The position numbers and the translations under genes were made by a program. A stretch of 31,989 nt of DNA. Origin: an uncultured Dehalococcoidia bacterium. GTDB lineage: Bacteria > Chloroflexota > Dehalococcoidia > Lucifugimonadales > UBA3495. Shown one piece after another: positions 1-7,716 of the stretch. The notes beneath the pieces were generated by a model that ran no database searches, had not been told where the DNA came from, and worked only from the letters and a program-made list of their open reading frames with translations. The DNA lies in NCBI GenBank assembly GCA_950072105.1, contig CATMOE010000043.1, positions 1 to 31,989 of the forward strand, given 5' to 3'. Numbering within the stretch: position 1 is the first letter of the stretch; each line of letters begins with the position of its first letter.

Positions 1-1023
1 TTGAACCTGAACAAGCGGAGTGTGACCCTTAACCTCAAGAGTGAGGAAGGCAAGTCCATGTTCCTGGATATGGTACGGCAGGGAGACATAGTGGCCGAGA
101 ACATGGCTCCCGGCGCGATGGAACGGCTGGGACTGGGCTATGACGTGCTCAAAGAGGTGAATCCCGGGATCATCATGGCCCGCATCAAGGGTTTCGGCAC
201 CTATGGGCCCTACGCCGACTACAAAGCCTTCGATATGATTGCTCAGGCCATGGGTGGCGCCATGACCATGACCGGATTCCCAGGCAGTCCGCCCCTGAAG
301 CCCGGGCCCACCATTGGTGACACCGGCACCGGTCTCCATGCCGCCATAGGCATATTGGGAGCCTTGTGGCAGAGGCAGACTACGGGACAAGGCCAGGTGG
401 TCGAAGTCTCCATGCAAGACTGCGTCGTGAACTTTTGCCGTCCTCGGTTGCGCAGCTACTACGAGACGGGGGAGCCTCTGGACCGGCCTGGCAACCATGT
501 AGTAGGGGGAGGCGTGCCAGCCGACATATACAAGTGTATGCCGGGGGGGCCGGACGATTATTGCTTCATATACGCTCAACCGGTGCGGCCCCACATGTGG
601 GACGCACTTCTAAAGGTGATAGGACGGGACGACCTGGTAGGAGACCCCAACTACTCTGACCCGAAGTGGCGCGGCGAACACGAGCAGGAAGTCAACGAGA
701 TGATCGAAGCCTGGACGACCCAGCGAACCAAGTTCGAGGTCATGAATTTGATGGGGGCCGCGGGGGTTCCCGCTGGAGCCACCATGAACGCCGTGGACCT
801 CCACCAGGACGAGCATCTGCGCGAGCGGGGAATGATCATTGAAGTGGAGCACCAGAAGAGAGGGACCCTCAACCTGCCTGGGTCTCCAATCAAGCTGTCC
901 GAATCGCCCGTCGAGGTGACCACGTCACCGCTTCTTGGAGAGCATAACGCCGAGGTTTATCGCGATTTCTTCGGCTATGGAGAAGAGGAATTGGCTCGAC
1001 TGAAGGAGGAGGAGGTAATTTAA
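1..1023 (+). CDS. Class III CoA-transferase (CaiB/BaiF family), formyl-CoA transferase-like; 5'-truncated by window edge
   Basis: N-x-NKRSVTLNLK, ENMAPGAMERLGLGY, GFG..GPY, catalytic Asp in IGDTGTG, Gly-rich loop GNHVVGGG, C-terminal PLLGEHN. The N-terminus lies outside the window. Confidence 0.9.
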   Translation: MNLNKRSVTLNLKSEEGKSMFLDMVRQGDIVAENMAPGAMERLGLGYDVLKEVNPGIIMARIKGFGTYGPYADYKAFDMIAQAMGGAMTMTGFPGSPPLKPGPTIGDTGTGLHAAIGILGALWQRQTTGQGQVVEVSMQDCVVNFCRPRLRSYYETGEPLDRPGNHVVGGGVPADIYKCMPGGPDDYCFIYAQPVRPHMWDALLKVIGRDDLVGDPNYSDPKWRGEHEQEVNEMIEAWTTQRTKFEVMNLMGAAGVPAGATMNAVDLHQDEHLRERGMIIEVEHQKRGTLNLPGSPIKLSESPVEVTTSPLLGEHNAEVYRDFFGYGEEELARLKEEEVI

Positions 1024-1317
1024 TAAGTTCCACCGAAGGTTGCTATAAATAATCGGGCAGCCGGATTGGGACAGTTGTACTCGTCCAAGGCATCTATGGC
1101 CGGGCCGCAAGGTAAGCCCGCCCCACCCGGAATCTTGAATATTCGAATTGGTTGCGCTCATTCGTCCAAGACTCTATCACCCTTTTGATCGGGTCCCTGC
1201 GATCAGTGATGGCCGAAGGCGCGATTCTTTTGCCAAGGTTCGGCAAAACGTAAAGCTTCGCAAAACAACCCAGGGAGGCAGAATGGAAGAAATAGACGGC
1301 CGGAATTTCCCGGCCGC

Positions 1318-1339
1318 TTTTGCTACTATTTTGCTGCCA
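1318..1339. repeat. Tandem imperfect 11-bp direct repeat (candidate integrase arm-type sites)
   Basis: TTTTGCTACTA followed immediately by TTTTGCTGCCA (9/11 identical), about 120 bp upstream of the tRNA fragment. The function is inferred. Confidence 0.45.
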
Positions 1340-1455
1340 AACTTCTTACCACGTAACAACACCCGTTAGCACTACAGATACAAAAAGCCGCAGATCGGCC
1401 GGACGAGATGTTTTAAAATCGTATCTGACGACATAGAACAACATCCCGGGCAAGA

Positions 1456-1502
1456 GGCTTCGGACCCAGGGGTTGTGGGTTCGAATCCCGCCAGGCGCGC
1501 CA
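1456..1502 (+). pseudogene. 3' half of tRNA-Arg(TCG), probable att-site remnant
   Basis: Anticodon loop CTTCGGA (1458-1464), 3' anticodon stem CCCAG, T-arm GTGGG-TTCGAAT-CCCGC, acceptor 3' strand CAGGCGC-G-CCA. No D-arm or 5' acceptor strand upstream. Confidence 0.85.
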
Positions 1503-1519
1503 AATTTAGGACCAAAAAC

Positions 1520-1551
1520 AGGCCCCCGGATTAGTTCGGGGGCCTTCTTTT
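1520..1551 (+). terminator. Rho-independent terminator after the tRNA fragment
   Basis: AGGCCCCCGGA-TTAG-TTCGGGGGCCT stem-loop followed by TCTTTT. Confidence 0.8.
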
Positions 1552-1562
1552 AAGGATAATCC

Positions 1563-1736
1563 ATGAAATACAAGGTTTGGATCTGCGTGGAGTCTTGCGA
1601 TGAAGAGTATGAGCAGTACGAGGATGTTGAGGTGCCCTTCGCCGAGGTCGCCACACTGGAAACGGAATCAGAAGCCCTTACGTTTGCTTCGGCGCTCCAA
1701 AGATATGGGGTAGACATATTGCTCGATCAGACGTAA
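1563..1736 (+). CDS. Small acidic hypothetical protein (57 aa), not in the ORF track
   Basis: SD TAAGGA upstream of ATG. Translates MKYKVWICVESCDEEYEQYEDVEVPFAEVATLETESEALTFASALQRYGVDILLDQT*. Confidence 0.6.
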   Translation: MKYKVWICVESCDEEYEQYEDVEVPFAEVATLETESEALTFASALQRYGVDILLDQT

Positions 1737-2167
1737 TGTGGGGTCACCCTACCATGAACGCTTTTGCGTACCCAGTACGCCGGTAGATGTAATGAGATCC
1801 GCCGGACCTGACTAATGCGTGGCCGAGGCCAGTGGGGGATGGCATTAAAGGAGATTCCGGCAAGCATCTGCTTAATGGGTTTATTGGGCGAATACTAGGT
1901 GACGAACGAATACTGAGTACACACTAGTGAGTAGTTTCAGAAACTGAACGCCGATGAACGTGTATAGCAGGACTTTCACCCCGCGATCATGATCCAATAT
2001 CGCAAGCGTGATGTGGTCCATTAGCCACCGGGGATTCTCGGGTTAGATTCCAGAAGGGCACCTTAATCAATGTTGCCTACGGAGGAATCTAAGAGCCAAA
2101 GGTGCTGTCACTCGGATTTTGCCGGCTGTGGGGCGCTGAAGTATCGTGAAGGAGGGGGGAGGCAGAA

Positions 2168-2476
2168 GTGGTATTTTCGCCACCGAAACCAACAACACCA
2201 AGGCAGCAATTCCTGATTCCAACGCCGGTTGGTGACCCTCGACTTCTGAAACCGGGCTGGGCCGGCCAGATCGACGAAGATGAACTAGCCTTTATCCGGT
2301 ATGCACTCTTTCAGGATTCGAAACCGGCCCGCCTATGGGGATTCAGGCCATCTCAAAAATCCAGAGCCGACGAAGCCATCCGCCGGGTGGCTCTGCATGG
2401 CGATCCCGAAAGGACCGCTCACAACCGGGGGTTGGCCCGGCCATGGATAGGCTCTGATTTGGACCAAGCGGCATAG
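2168..2476 (+). CDS. Hypothetical protein (102 aa)
   Basis: Strong purine-rich SD (GAAGGAGGGGGAGG) before GTG. No recognisable domain. Confidence 0.5.
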   Translation: MVFSPPKPTTPRQQFLIPTPVGDPRLLKPGWAGQIDEDELAFIRYALFQDSKPARLWGFRPSQKSRADEAIRRVALHGDPERTAHNRGLARPWIGSDLDQAA

Positions 2477-2576
2477 CAAAGAATTATCTTAGCCTTGGCC
2501 GTAGCGGCCCTGGAATTGGCTTCGGCACCTCAGAGAAGCAGGGCAGACTTTCTACCCAATCAGAAGTAAACAGGGG

Positions 2577-3407
2577 TCATTTCTCTAAGAAAGCTTGGGC
2601 GTTCCCGACCCGCCTTCCCCACCATTCGGGGCCTTCCAGGACGTACTTCCACTCGGGGTTCTGCTCGGTGTCCCGGAGCGCCGCCATCACTTGGTGGAAC
2701 ACCGGAGCGTCAGATTCGGCAAATTCGAAGTAGCCTACGAAGTCGTAATTCTCATCCAGCCCATAGCCTTCCGGAGCGTGGACCAGGCGGCGGTTGATGT
2801 TGGGAACGCCGGCGGCGCTGGCCAACGCGTGGCCCTTCACAACCATGTTCTCGTTCACGTCGTATCTCGGTAGGAAGAAGCTTTCCCGGTGTAAAAAGTC
2901 CATATTCCACCAGGCGGGCGTCTTATTCATCGGGGTCACCGCCGCCAGCGGGTAAATCTCTCCTGGACCAGGCGGCAGGGCGTGGGCGTAGGCAAATTGA
3001 GTCATGGCGTGGCTGGTGTAGCTGCGGGCCCTCATCACTCCGGCCAAAGTTTCCACCGATCCTCCCCGAGTTTCGATCAACTGCCTCAATCCGGTCTCGT
3101 AGATCTTGAGAGGCGCCAGAGTCGCACATTCCAGCCGGATGAGCCCATGGGACTCGGATATTTCCGGATGCGCGATCTGCTGCTCGCTGGTTAGGCCGTC
3201 CTCCGCCCGTAGCAACTGGAACCGGCCGCGTTCAAAAGCCTCGTCAGAAGGCGGCCCGCCGGCGTGGTGCATGTTGTCCAGGTCTTGGCCCAGTTGGTCT
3301 ACGGCCTTGGCAAGTTCTCCATCGCCCCTGCCGTCACCGAATGTTACGAACAGGAATAGTTGGTGGCCGGTGACGGCGGTCGTCATGTTGAGTTCGTCAG
3401 GTTGCAT
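2577..3407 (-). CDS. Chlorite dismutase family heme protein (short clade-2-like catalytic domain with N-terminal extension)
   Basis: PMNKTPAWW, proximal His (GHALA) with Arg at His+13 (NINRRL), YDFVGYFEF, LRDTEQNPEWKYV. SD GAGGA 7 nt before ATG. Confidence 0.75.
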   Translation of the reverse strand: MQPDELNMTTAVTGHQLFLFVTFGDGRGDGELAKAVDQLGQDLDNMHHAGGPPSDEAFERGRFQLLRAEDGLTSEQQIAHPEISESHGLIRLECATLAPLKIYETGLRQLIETRGGSVETLAGVMRARSYTSHAMTQFAYAHALPPGPGEIYPLAAVTPMNKTPAWWNMDFLHRESFFLPRYDVNENMVVKGHALASAAGVPNINRRLVHAPEGYGLDENYDFVGYFEFAESDAPVFHQVMAALRDTEQNPEWKYVLEGPEWWGRRVGNAQAFLEK

Positions 3408-3642
3408 CGGAATATCCTCGTCTAGCGGTTTGAGAGTCTTACTTGGCGGACGTCCTGGACATTATAGCGAGGCGACGCGGAACCGGGGTATGGATGAAGT
3501 TCCAGGGCTAACGGGAGCATCGTTCCCCACGGGACGAGGCGCTTCTAGGCATTCATTCTTTACAATTCGTCTCTAAATTGATATTATTTTTACGAGTCAT
3601 GCGAACAGCGCAACAGATGAGATGCTAAACCCAAGGCCCCTT

Positions 3643-3671
3643 TTGTGCGCCAAGCACCAGTCAGATACAAT
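3643..3671 (+). promoter_or_regulatory. Sigma70-like promoter of the DEAD-box helicase
   Basis: TTGTGC-17 nt-TACAAT. Confidence 0.5.
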
Positions 3672-3707
3672 GCATCTCACCTGCCCTGACCATCGGAGGT
3701 AACCCCA

Positions 3708-5093
3708 ATTCTCGGTACATTGTTACGTAAGCTAACCGCAAGCTTCCCCAAAAGCGACCCCAAAACACCACCGCCGCAGCAATCATCGCCCACTAATAGT
3801 CTTCTGGCAGCGGTCACCACCGAACGGCCTACAAAGCCACCGGTCCCGCGGGCGGTCCCGAACGCGTCCCCGCCTTCACCAGCCCTCAAGTCCGCAACAG
3901 ACAGGCCTCGCTCTCCGGAACGTCCCATGCCTCGCCCCGCCGTCAGCTCTCCCCAAGCTCAATCTGATCCCCAGTTCTTCGGCACTATTCCTGTTTCCGG
4001 TCCAGTGGGCCGAGCCCTAGAAAGCATGGGGTATGCCGAGCCTACTCCCATCCAAGCCGAGATTATCCCTTTGGTTCGGTCAGGAAGGGACGTGGTTGGC
4101 CAAGCCCAAACCGGGACCGGTAAGACCGCGGCATTTGGTATTCCTCTGGTAGAGTCAGTGGACCGTGACACCAATGACCCTCAAGCATTGATTTTGGTGC
4201 CGACCAGAGAATTAGCCGTCCAAGTCAAAGGCGAGCTGTCTAAACTCGGGCAGCACACCGGCGTAAAAATCATAGCCGTCTATGGCGGACAGGCCATGAG
4301 CCGCCAATTGGAATCGATGCGGCGGGGCGTCCAGATAATCGTGGCCACTCCAGGCCGGTTGATGGACCATATGCAGCGCGGCACCGTGGACATTGGACAG
4401 GTTAAGTTCGTTGTTATGGACGAAGCCGACCAGATGCTGGATATCGGGTTCGCCGACGACATCGAATACATACTCCGTTGGACCCCGAAAGCCCGGCAAA
4501 CCCTTCTGTTCTCCGCCACCATGCCGGGACCGATTCACCGATTGGCCCGCCACTATTTGAAAGATCCCGCCTGGATACAAGTTGGTGGAGACGGCGAACC
4601 GGTGGAGGGTGTGACCCAGCGTTACTACGAAGTGGCCGACCGGGACCGCCCCACCGCTCTAGAATCGTTGCTTCGCCAGCCCGGCGTGATCACTCAAGCC
4701 CTGGTGTTCCGGCGGACCAAGATTGGGGTGGACATGCTGGTGTCCCACCTGCAACGTAGGGAGTACGACGTTCAAGCCATTCATGGAGACATGACTCAGG
4801 CCCACCGTGACCGGGTTATGACCCGCTTCCGCTCCGGCGACCTCCGCGTCTTGGTGGCTACCAACGTCGCCGCCCGGGGCTTGGATATTCCGGCAGTGTC
4901 CCACGTGATCAACTACGACATGCCCGGTAATCTGGAGGAATACGTCCACCGGATCGGCAGGACGGCCCGGATGGGGCGTCACGGCACGGCGATAACTTTC
5001 GTCTCCGAGTGGGATTTCCCGGCTTTGGACGTTATTCAAGCCCATATCGGCGACAGTCTGGAGCTGGCTACTCTGGCGCCGGCTGCCAACTGA
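3708..5093 (+). CDS. DEAD-box ATP-dependent RNA helicase with Pro/Ser-rich N-terminal extension (start ATT 3708 or TTG 3720)
   Basis: Q motif PTPIQ, AQTGTGKT, PTRELA, TPGRL, DEAD, SAT, ARGLD, HRIGRTAR. SD GGAGGT (3695-3700) is 7 nt before an in-frame ATT. Confidence 0.95.
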   Translation: MLGTLLRKLTASFPKSDPKTPPPQQSSPTNSLLAAVTTERPTKPPVPRAVPNASPPSPALKSATDRPRSPERPMPRPAVSSPQAQSDPQFFGTIPVSGPVGRALESMGYAEPTPIQAEIIPLVRSGRDVVGQAQTGTGKTAAFGIPLVESVDRDTNDPQALILVPTRELAVQVKGELSKLGQHTGVKIIAVYGGQAMSRQLESMRRGVQIIVATPGRLMDHMQRGTVDIGQVKFVVMDEADQMLDIGFADDIEYILRWTPKARQTLLFSATMPGPIHRLARHYLKDPAWIQVGGDGEPVEGVTQRYYEVADRDRPTALESLLRQPGVITQALVFRRTKIGVDMLVSHLQRREYDVQAIHGDMTQAHRDRVMTRFRSGDLRVLVATNVAARGLDIPAVSHVINYDMPGNLEEYVHRIGRTARMGRHGTAITFVSEWDFPALDVIQAHIGDSLELATLAPAAN

Positions 5094-5097
5094 CGAC

Positions 5098-5132
5098 TGG
5101 CTGGCGGACTTAGCTTAAGATACCGCCAGCCA
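5098..5132. terminator. Stem-loop between convergent genes
   Basis: TGGCTGGCGG...CCGCCAGCCA 10-bp inverted repeat just after the helicase stop. No U-tract. Confidence 0.45.
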
Positions 5133-5221
5133 CCGGCAAAAGCCTCGCTTCGGGAGCCACCTCTCCCAACCATTCTCTGGACCTTCTTCCAACAGATTTC
5201 CGACCGTATCTACGTGTGTAA

Positions 5222-5620
5222 TCACGGCGCGAAGCTTGATCGAGCTTGTGCTCCCCACGGCCCGTCCTTCCGGATCATGATCCACAGAGACCGGAAGGTC
5301 CCAATGTTGTTCCCGGAGTTGTCGTAGCGGGTAAATTGGAGAAACACATGGGCCTTGTTCTCCGAGCTGTGGATCACATCCTTACTTTCGAAAACGGTGT
5401 GATCCCAATCTGATCCGGCCCGTTCGGAGAATTCTCGCAGATAAGACGTCCTCAAGTCATCTAGGGTCGGATAAATGGCGATACCTGCGGTGGAAATGCG
5501 GACGTGGGGCGTGTGCATAGTTAGGAAAAGAGCCTCATCATCCCGGGCATTCAACGCGGCCACGTGGGCGTCCATGGCATCCAATGGTCCTTGTTCAAAT
5601 TCAGGTTGGCGATTCTCTAT
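5222..5620 (-). CDS. NTF2/SnoaL-like fold protein (start possibly ATA at 5620; ORF track uses TTG 5584)
   Basis: AHVAALNARD..HTPHVRI..WDHT..KAHV..FTRY..SLWI..WG.QARSSFAP pattern. SD AGGAG 7 nt before an in-frame ATA. Confidence 0.75.
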   Translation of the reverse strand: MENRQPEFEQGPLDAMDAHVAALNARDDEALFLTMHTPHVRISTAGIAIYPTLDDLRTSYLREFSERAGSDWDHTVFESKDVIHSSENKAHVFLQFTRYDNSGNNIGTFRSLWIMIRKDGPWGAQARSSFAP

Positions 5621-5717
5621 TGCGTTACTCCTATTTCGGCGATATTGATATCTGTCGGGTATTCGCGTTTGGTTCTATGACATCCTTCTCGGGGTTCTAT
5701 CTAGGCAAAATGGCAGG

Positions 5718-5809
5718 TGTCATTCCGAGGAGCGCAGCGACGAAGAATCTGGGGTGGTTCTTTGCACATTTCCAGATTCCTCTCCTTCCGCCGAAGGATC
5801 GGAATAACA
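5718..5809. repeat. REP-like palindromic element (TGTCATTCCGA..AGAATCT / AGATTC..TCGGAATAACA type)
   Basis: Imperfect terminal inverted repeats TGTCATTCCGA / TCGGAATAACA and inner AGAATCTGG / CCAGATTCC. Confidence 0.7.
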
Positions 5810-5870
5810 GGTCTTAGCAGCCAGGTAGTCTTCCACCACCAGCCATCAGCGGGTCAAACTACTAGTGAGA

Positions 5871-6212
5871 CTATTTGTCGGCCGTTTCATCCCATCCGGA
5901 AATAGCGCAGCCGGGAGTGGGCCGCTCTGGGAAGCTGCGGCAACGTTGGGGCCGGTCTTCGTAGATACGACAGGCTGAGGTGGCGTCTTCCAGCATGGGG
6001 CACCGCTCACCCGGATGTTCAGCAAACTTGACCCAAGCGCCACCGCCGGGCGCCGCGTCTACCTTTACGGCCAATCCCAGCGCCGCGGCCTTTTCTTCAA
6101 ACATGGCTGGCTCATCCCCAATCAGCCTTAGGATAAGGGGACCCCGGCAGCACATGCCCCGGCATTGGTTCATGCAGATGTCGGTGGCTGCTTCGGGTGT
6201 TAGATCGACCAA
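5871..6212 (-). CDS. YkgJ-family cysteine-cluster (CxxCxxCC) protein
   Basis: CMNQCRGMCC, CPML...CRIYEDRPQRCRSFP. Confidence 0.85.
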   Translation of the reverse strand: MVDLTPEAATDICMNQCRGMCCRGPLILRLIGDEPAMFEEKAAALGLAVKVDAAPGGGAWVKFAEHPGERCPMLEDATSACRIYEDRPQRCRSFPERPTPGCAISGWDETADK

Positions 6213-6225
6213 TGGAGCGCCGCCT

Positions 6226-6693
6226 TTATTTAACGAAACTGGTTTCTAAGTTCTGCATGGCGTCCCGGATCCGCTCGATGTGATTCTCCATCAAGTCTAA
6301 GGATCCCATTTCTTCCACTGAGAAATAACCGACGTCGGTGGTCTCGTCGCTCAACCCCATCTCTCCGCCGGTAACTGTAGCCTCAAAGCTGAGAGCCACT
6401 GGATGGATAACATTGCCGTCGGCATATTCGACAACCAGGTCGGGGGTTGTATATACGCCGACCAAGCGAGTTACCTTCACGTGGAGCCCGGTTTCCTCGT
6501 AGGCCTCCCTGACGCAGGCTTCCTCGATGCTTTCGCCGGGGTCCATGCCGCCGCCGGGCAGGCACCACCGTCCGTTGTCGGTGCGTTTGGTTAGGAGGAT
6601 CTTTCCCCGAGATTCGTCGAAGATAATCGACGACGCGCCCACACGCAAGACCCCGCGCTTTCCGATCCGGTCACCATGAATCAACTTGGCCAT
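6226..6693 (-). CDS. NUDIX hydrolase
   Basis: Nudix box GGGMDPGESIEEACVREAYEETGL. Confidence 0.92.
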   Translation of the reverse strand: MAKLIHGDRIGKRGVLRVGASSIIFDESRGKILLTKRTDNGRWCLPGGGMDPGESIEEACVREAYEETGLHVKVTRLVGVYTTPDLVVEYADGNVIHPVALSFEATVTGGEMGLSDETTDVGYFSVEEMGSLDLMENHIERIRDAMQNLETSFVK

Positions 6694-6882
6694 ATTTCTT
6701 GAGATCCTCTTATTTTCATACTACCTGTCCACATGCCGGGTTTAGACTACCAAGGCCCGAAAGGCAATTCAAGCCGGGTTATCCGCATAACGCAAAGATG
6801 GCGCTTATGTAAACCGGCCCCCATGGTACAATCCAGAAACCCCGAACAAGACTCTACCAAGACATCCGGGGCGAGGTGAAAG

Positions 6883-7677
6883 TTGACTTCAGCGAAAATA
6901 AACGGCATCGATGTCCACTACCAGGCATTCGGCGAAGGTGAGACCATCGTCTTTGCCCATGGCGCCGGTGGCAATCTACTGAGTTGGTGGCAGCAGATCC
7001 CCTATTTCTCCCAAAACTACCGATGCATAACTATCGACCAAAGGGGATTCGGGCACTCACTGGACGTTCCAAACGGCCCCGGATCCGGGGCGTTCGTCGA
7101 AGACTTGGTGGGACTGCTGGACTATCTTGAAATAGACTCCGCCCACCTGGTTGCCCAGTCCATGGGCGGCCGCACCATGCTTGGCTTCGCCGTGGCCTAT
7201 CCACATCGGACCAAGAGTTTGGTGATGGCCGATACCGTGGGCGGAATGGCCGTGCCGGAAGTTGAAGAGTTACAGGCACGGTTAAGGGATACCAACGCAG
7301 CCAACGTGTCCATCGGGCACCGGGCGATATCTCGGGGGTTCGTCCAACGGAACCCGGCGCTGGCCAATCTATACCTGCAGATCTCCGATTCCAATCCACC
7401 CCGCTCCGAACCGGCTGGAGGTCAGCAGCCCGGCCCCAGTGTGGCACAGCTTGGCGATCTGCAAGTGCCCACCCTGTTCATTGTCGGCGAGGAAGACCAG
7501 ATCGCTCCTCCCGCAGTGATTGAAGCGGCCGCTAAAACGATTCCAGGGGCGCGGATAACCAAGGTGCCTGAGGCTGGACACTCGGTTTACTTCGAGAAAC
7601 CGGACATCTTTAATTTTGAAGTGTCCCGGTTTATTCAGAGCGTCACGGAGCCGGCAAAAGTAGCGAGCACCGTATAA
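6883..7677 (+). CDS. Alpha/beta-fold hydrolase
   Basis: HGAGG oxyanion region, DQRGFGHS, nucleophile elbow AQSMGG, GEED, AGHSVY. SD GAGGTG before TTG. Confidence 0.92.
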   Translation: MTSAKINGIDVHYQAFGEGETIVFAHGAGGNLLSWWQQIPYFSQNYRCITIDQRGFGHSLDVPNGPGSGAFVEDLVGLLDYLEIDSAHLVAQSMGGRTMLGFAVAYPHRTKSLVMADTVGGMAVPEVEELQARLRDTNAANVSIGHRAISRGFVQRNPALANLYLQISDSNPPRSEPAGGQQPGPSVAQLGDLQVPTLFIVGEEDQIAPPAVIEAAAKTIPGARITKVPEAGHSVYFEKPDIFNFEVSRFIQSVTEPAKVASTV

Positions 7678-7716
7678 CCGGGCCGTCGTACATCGTGGAA
7701 ACGCACAGCTAGCCTT

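Noticed and set aside
1148..1369. 73-aa ORF (and internal MEEIDG... ORF)
   Set aside because: It runs through hairpins and the arm-like repeats and has no protein-like features; probably non-coding.
1024..1457. Group I intron interrupting tRNA-Arg
   Set aside because: No 5' tRNA exon (GCGCCTG start plus D-arm) between the CoA-transferase stop and the fragment, and no recognisable intron core motifs.
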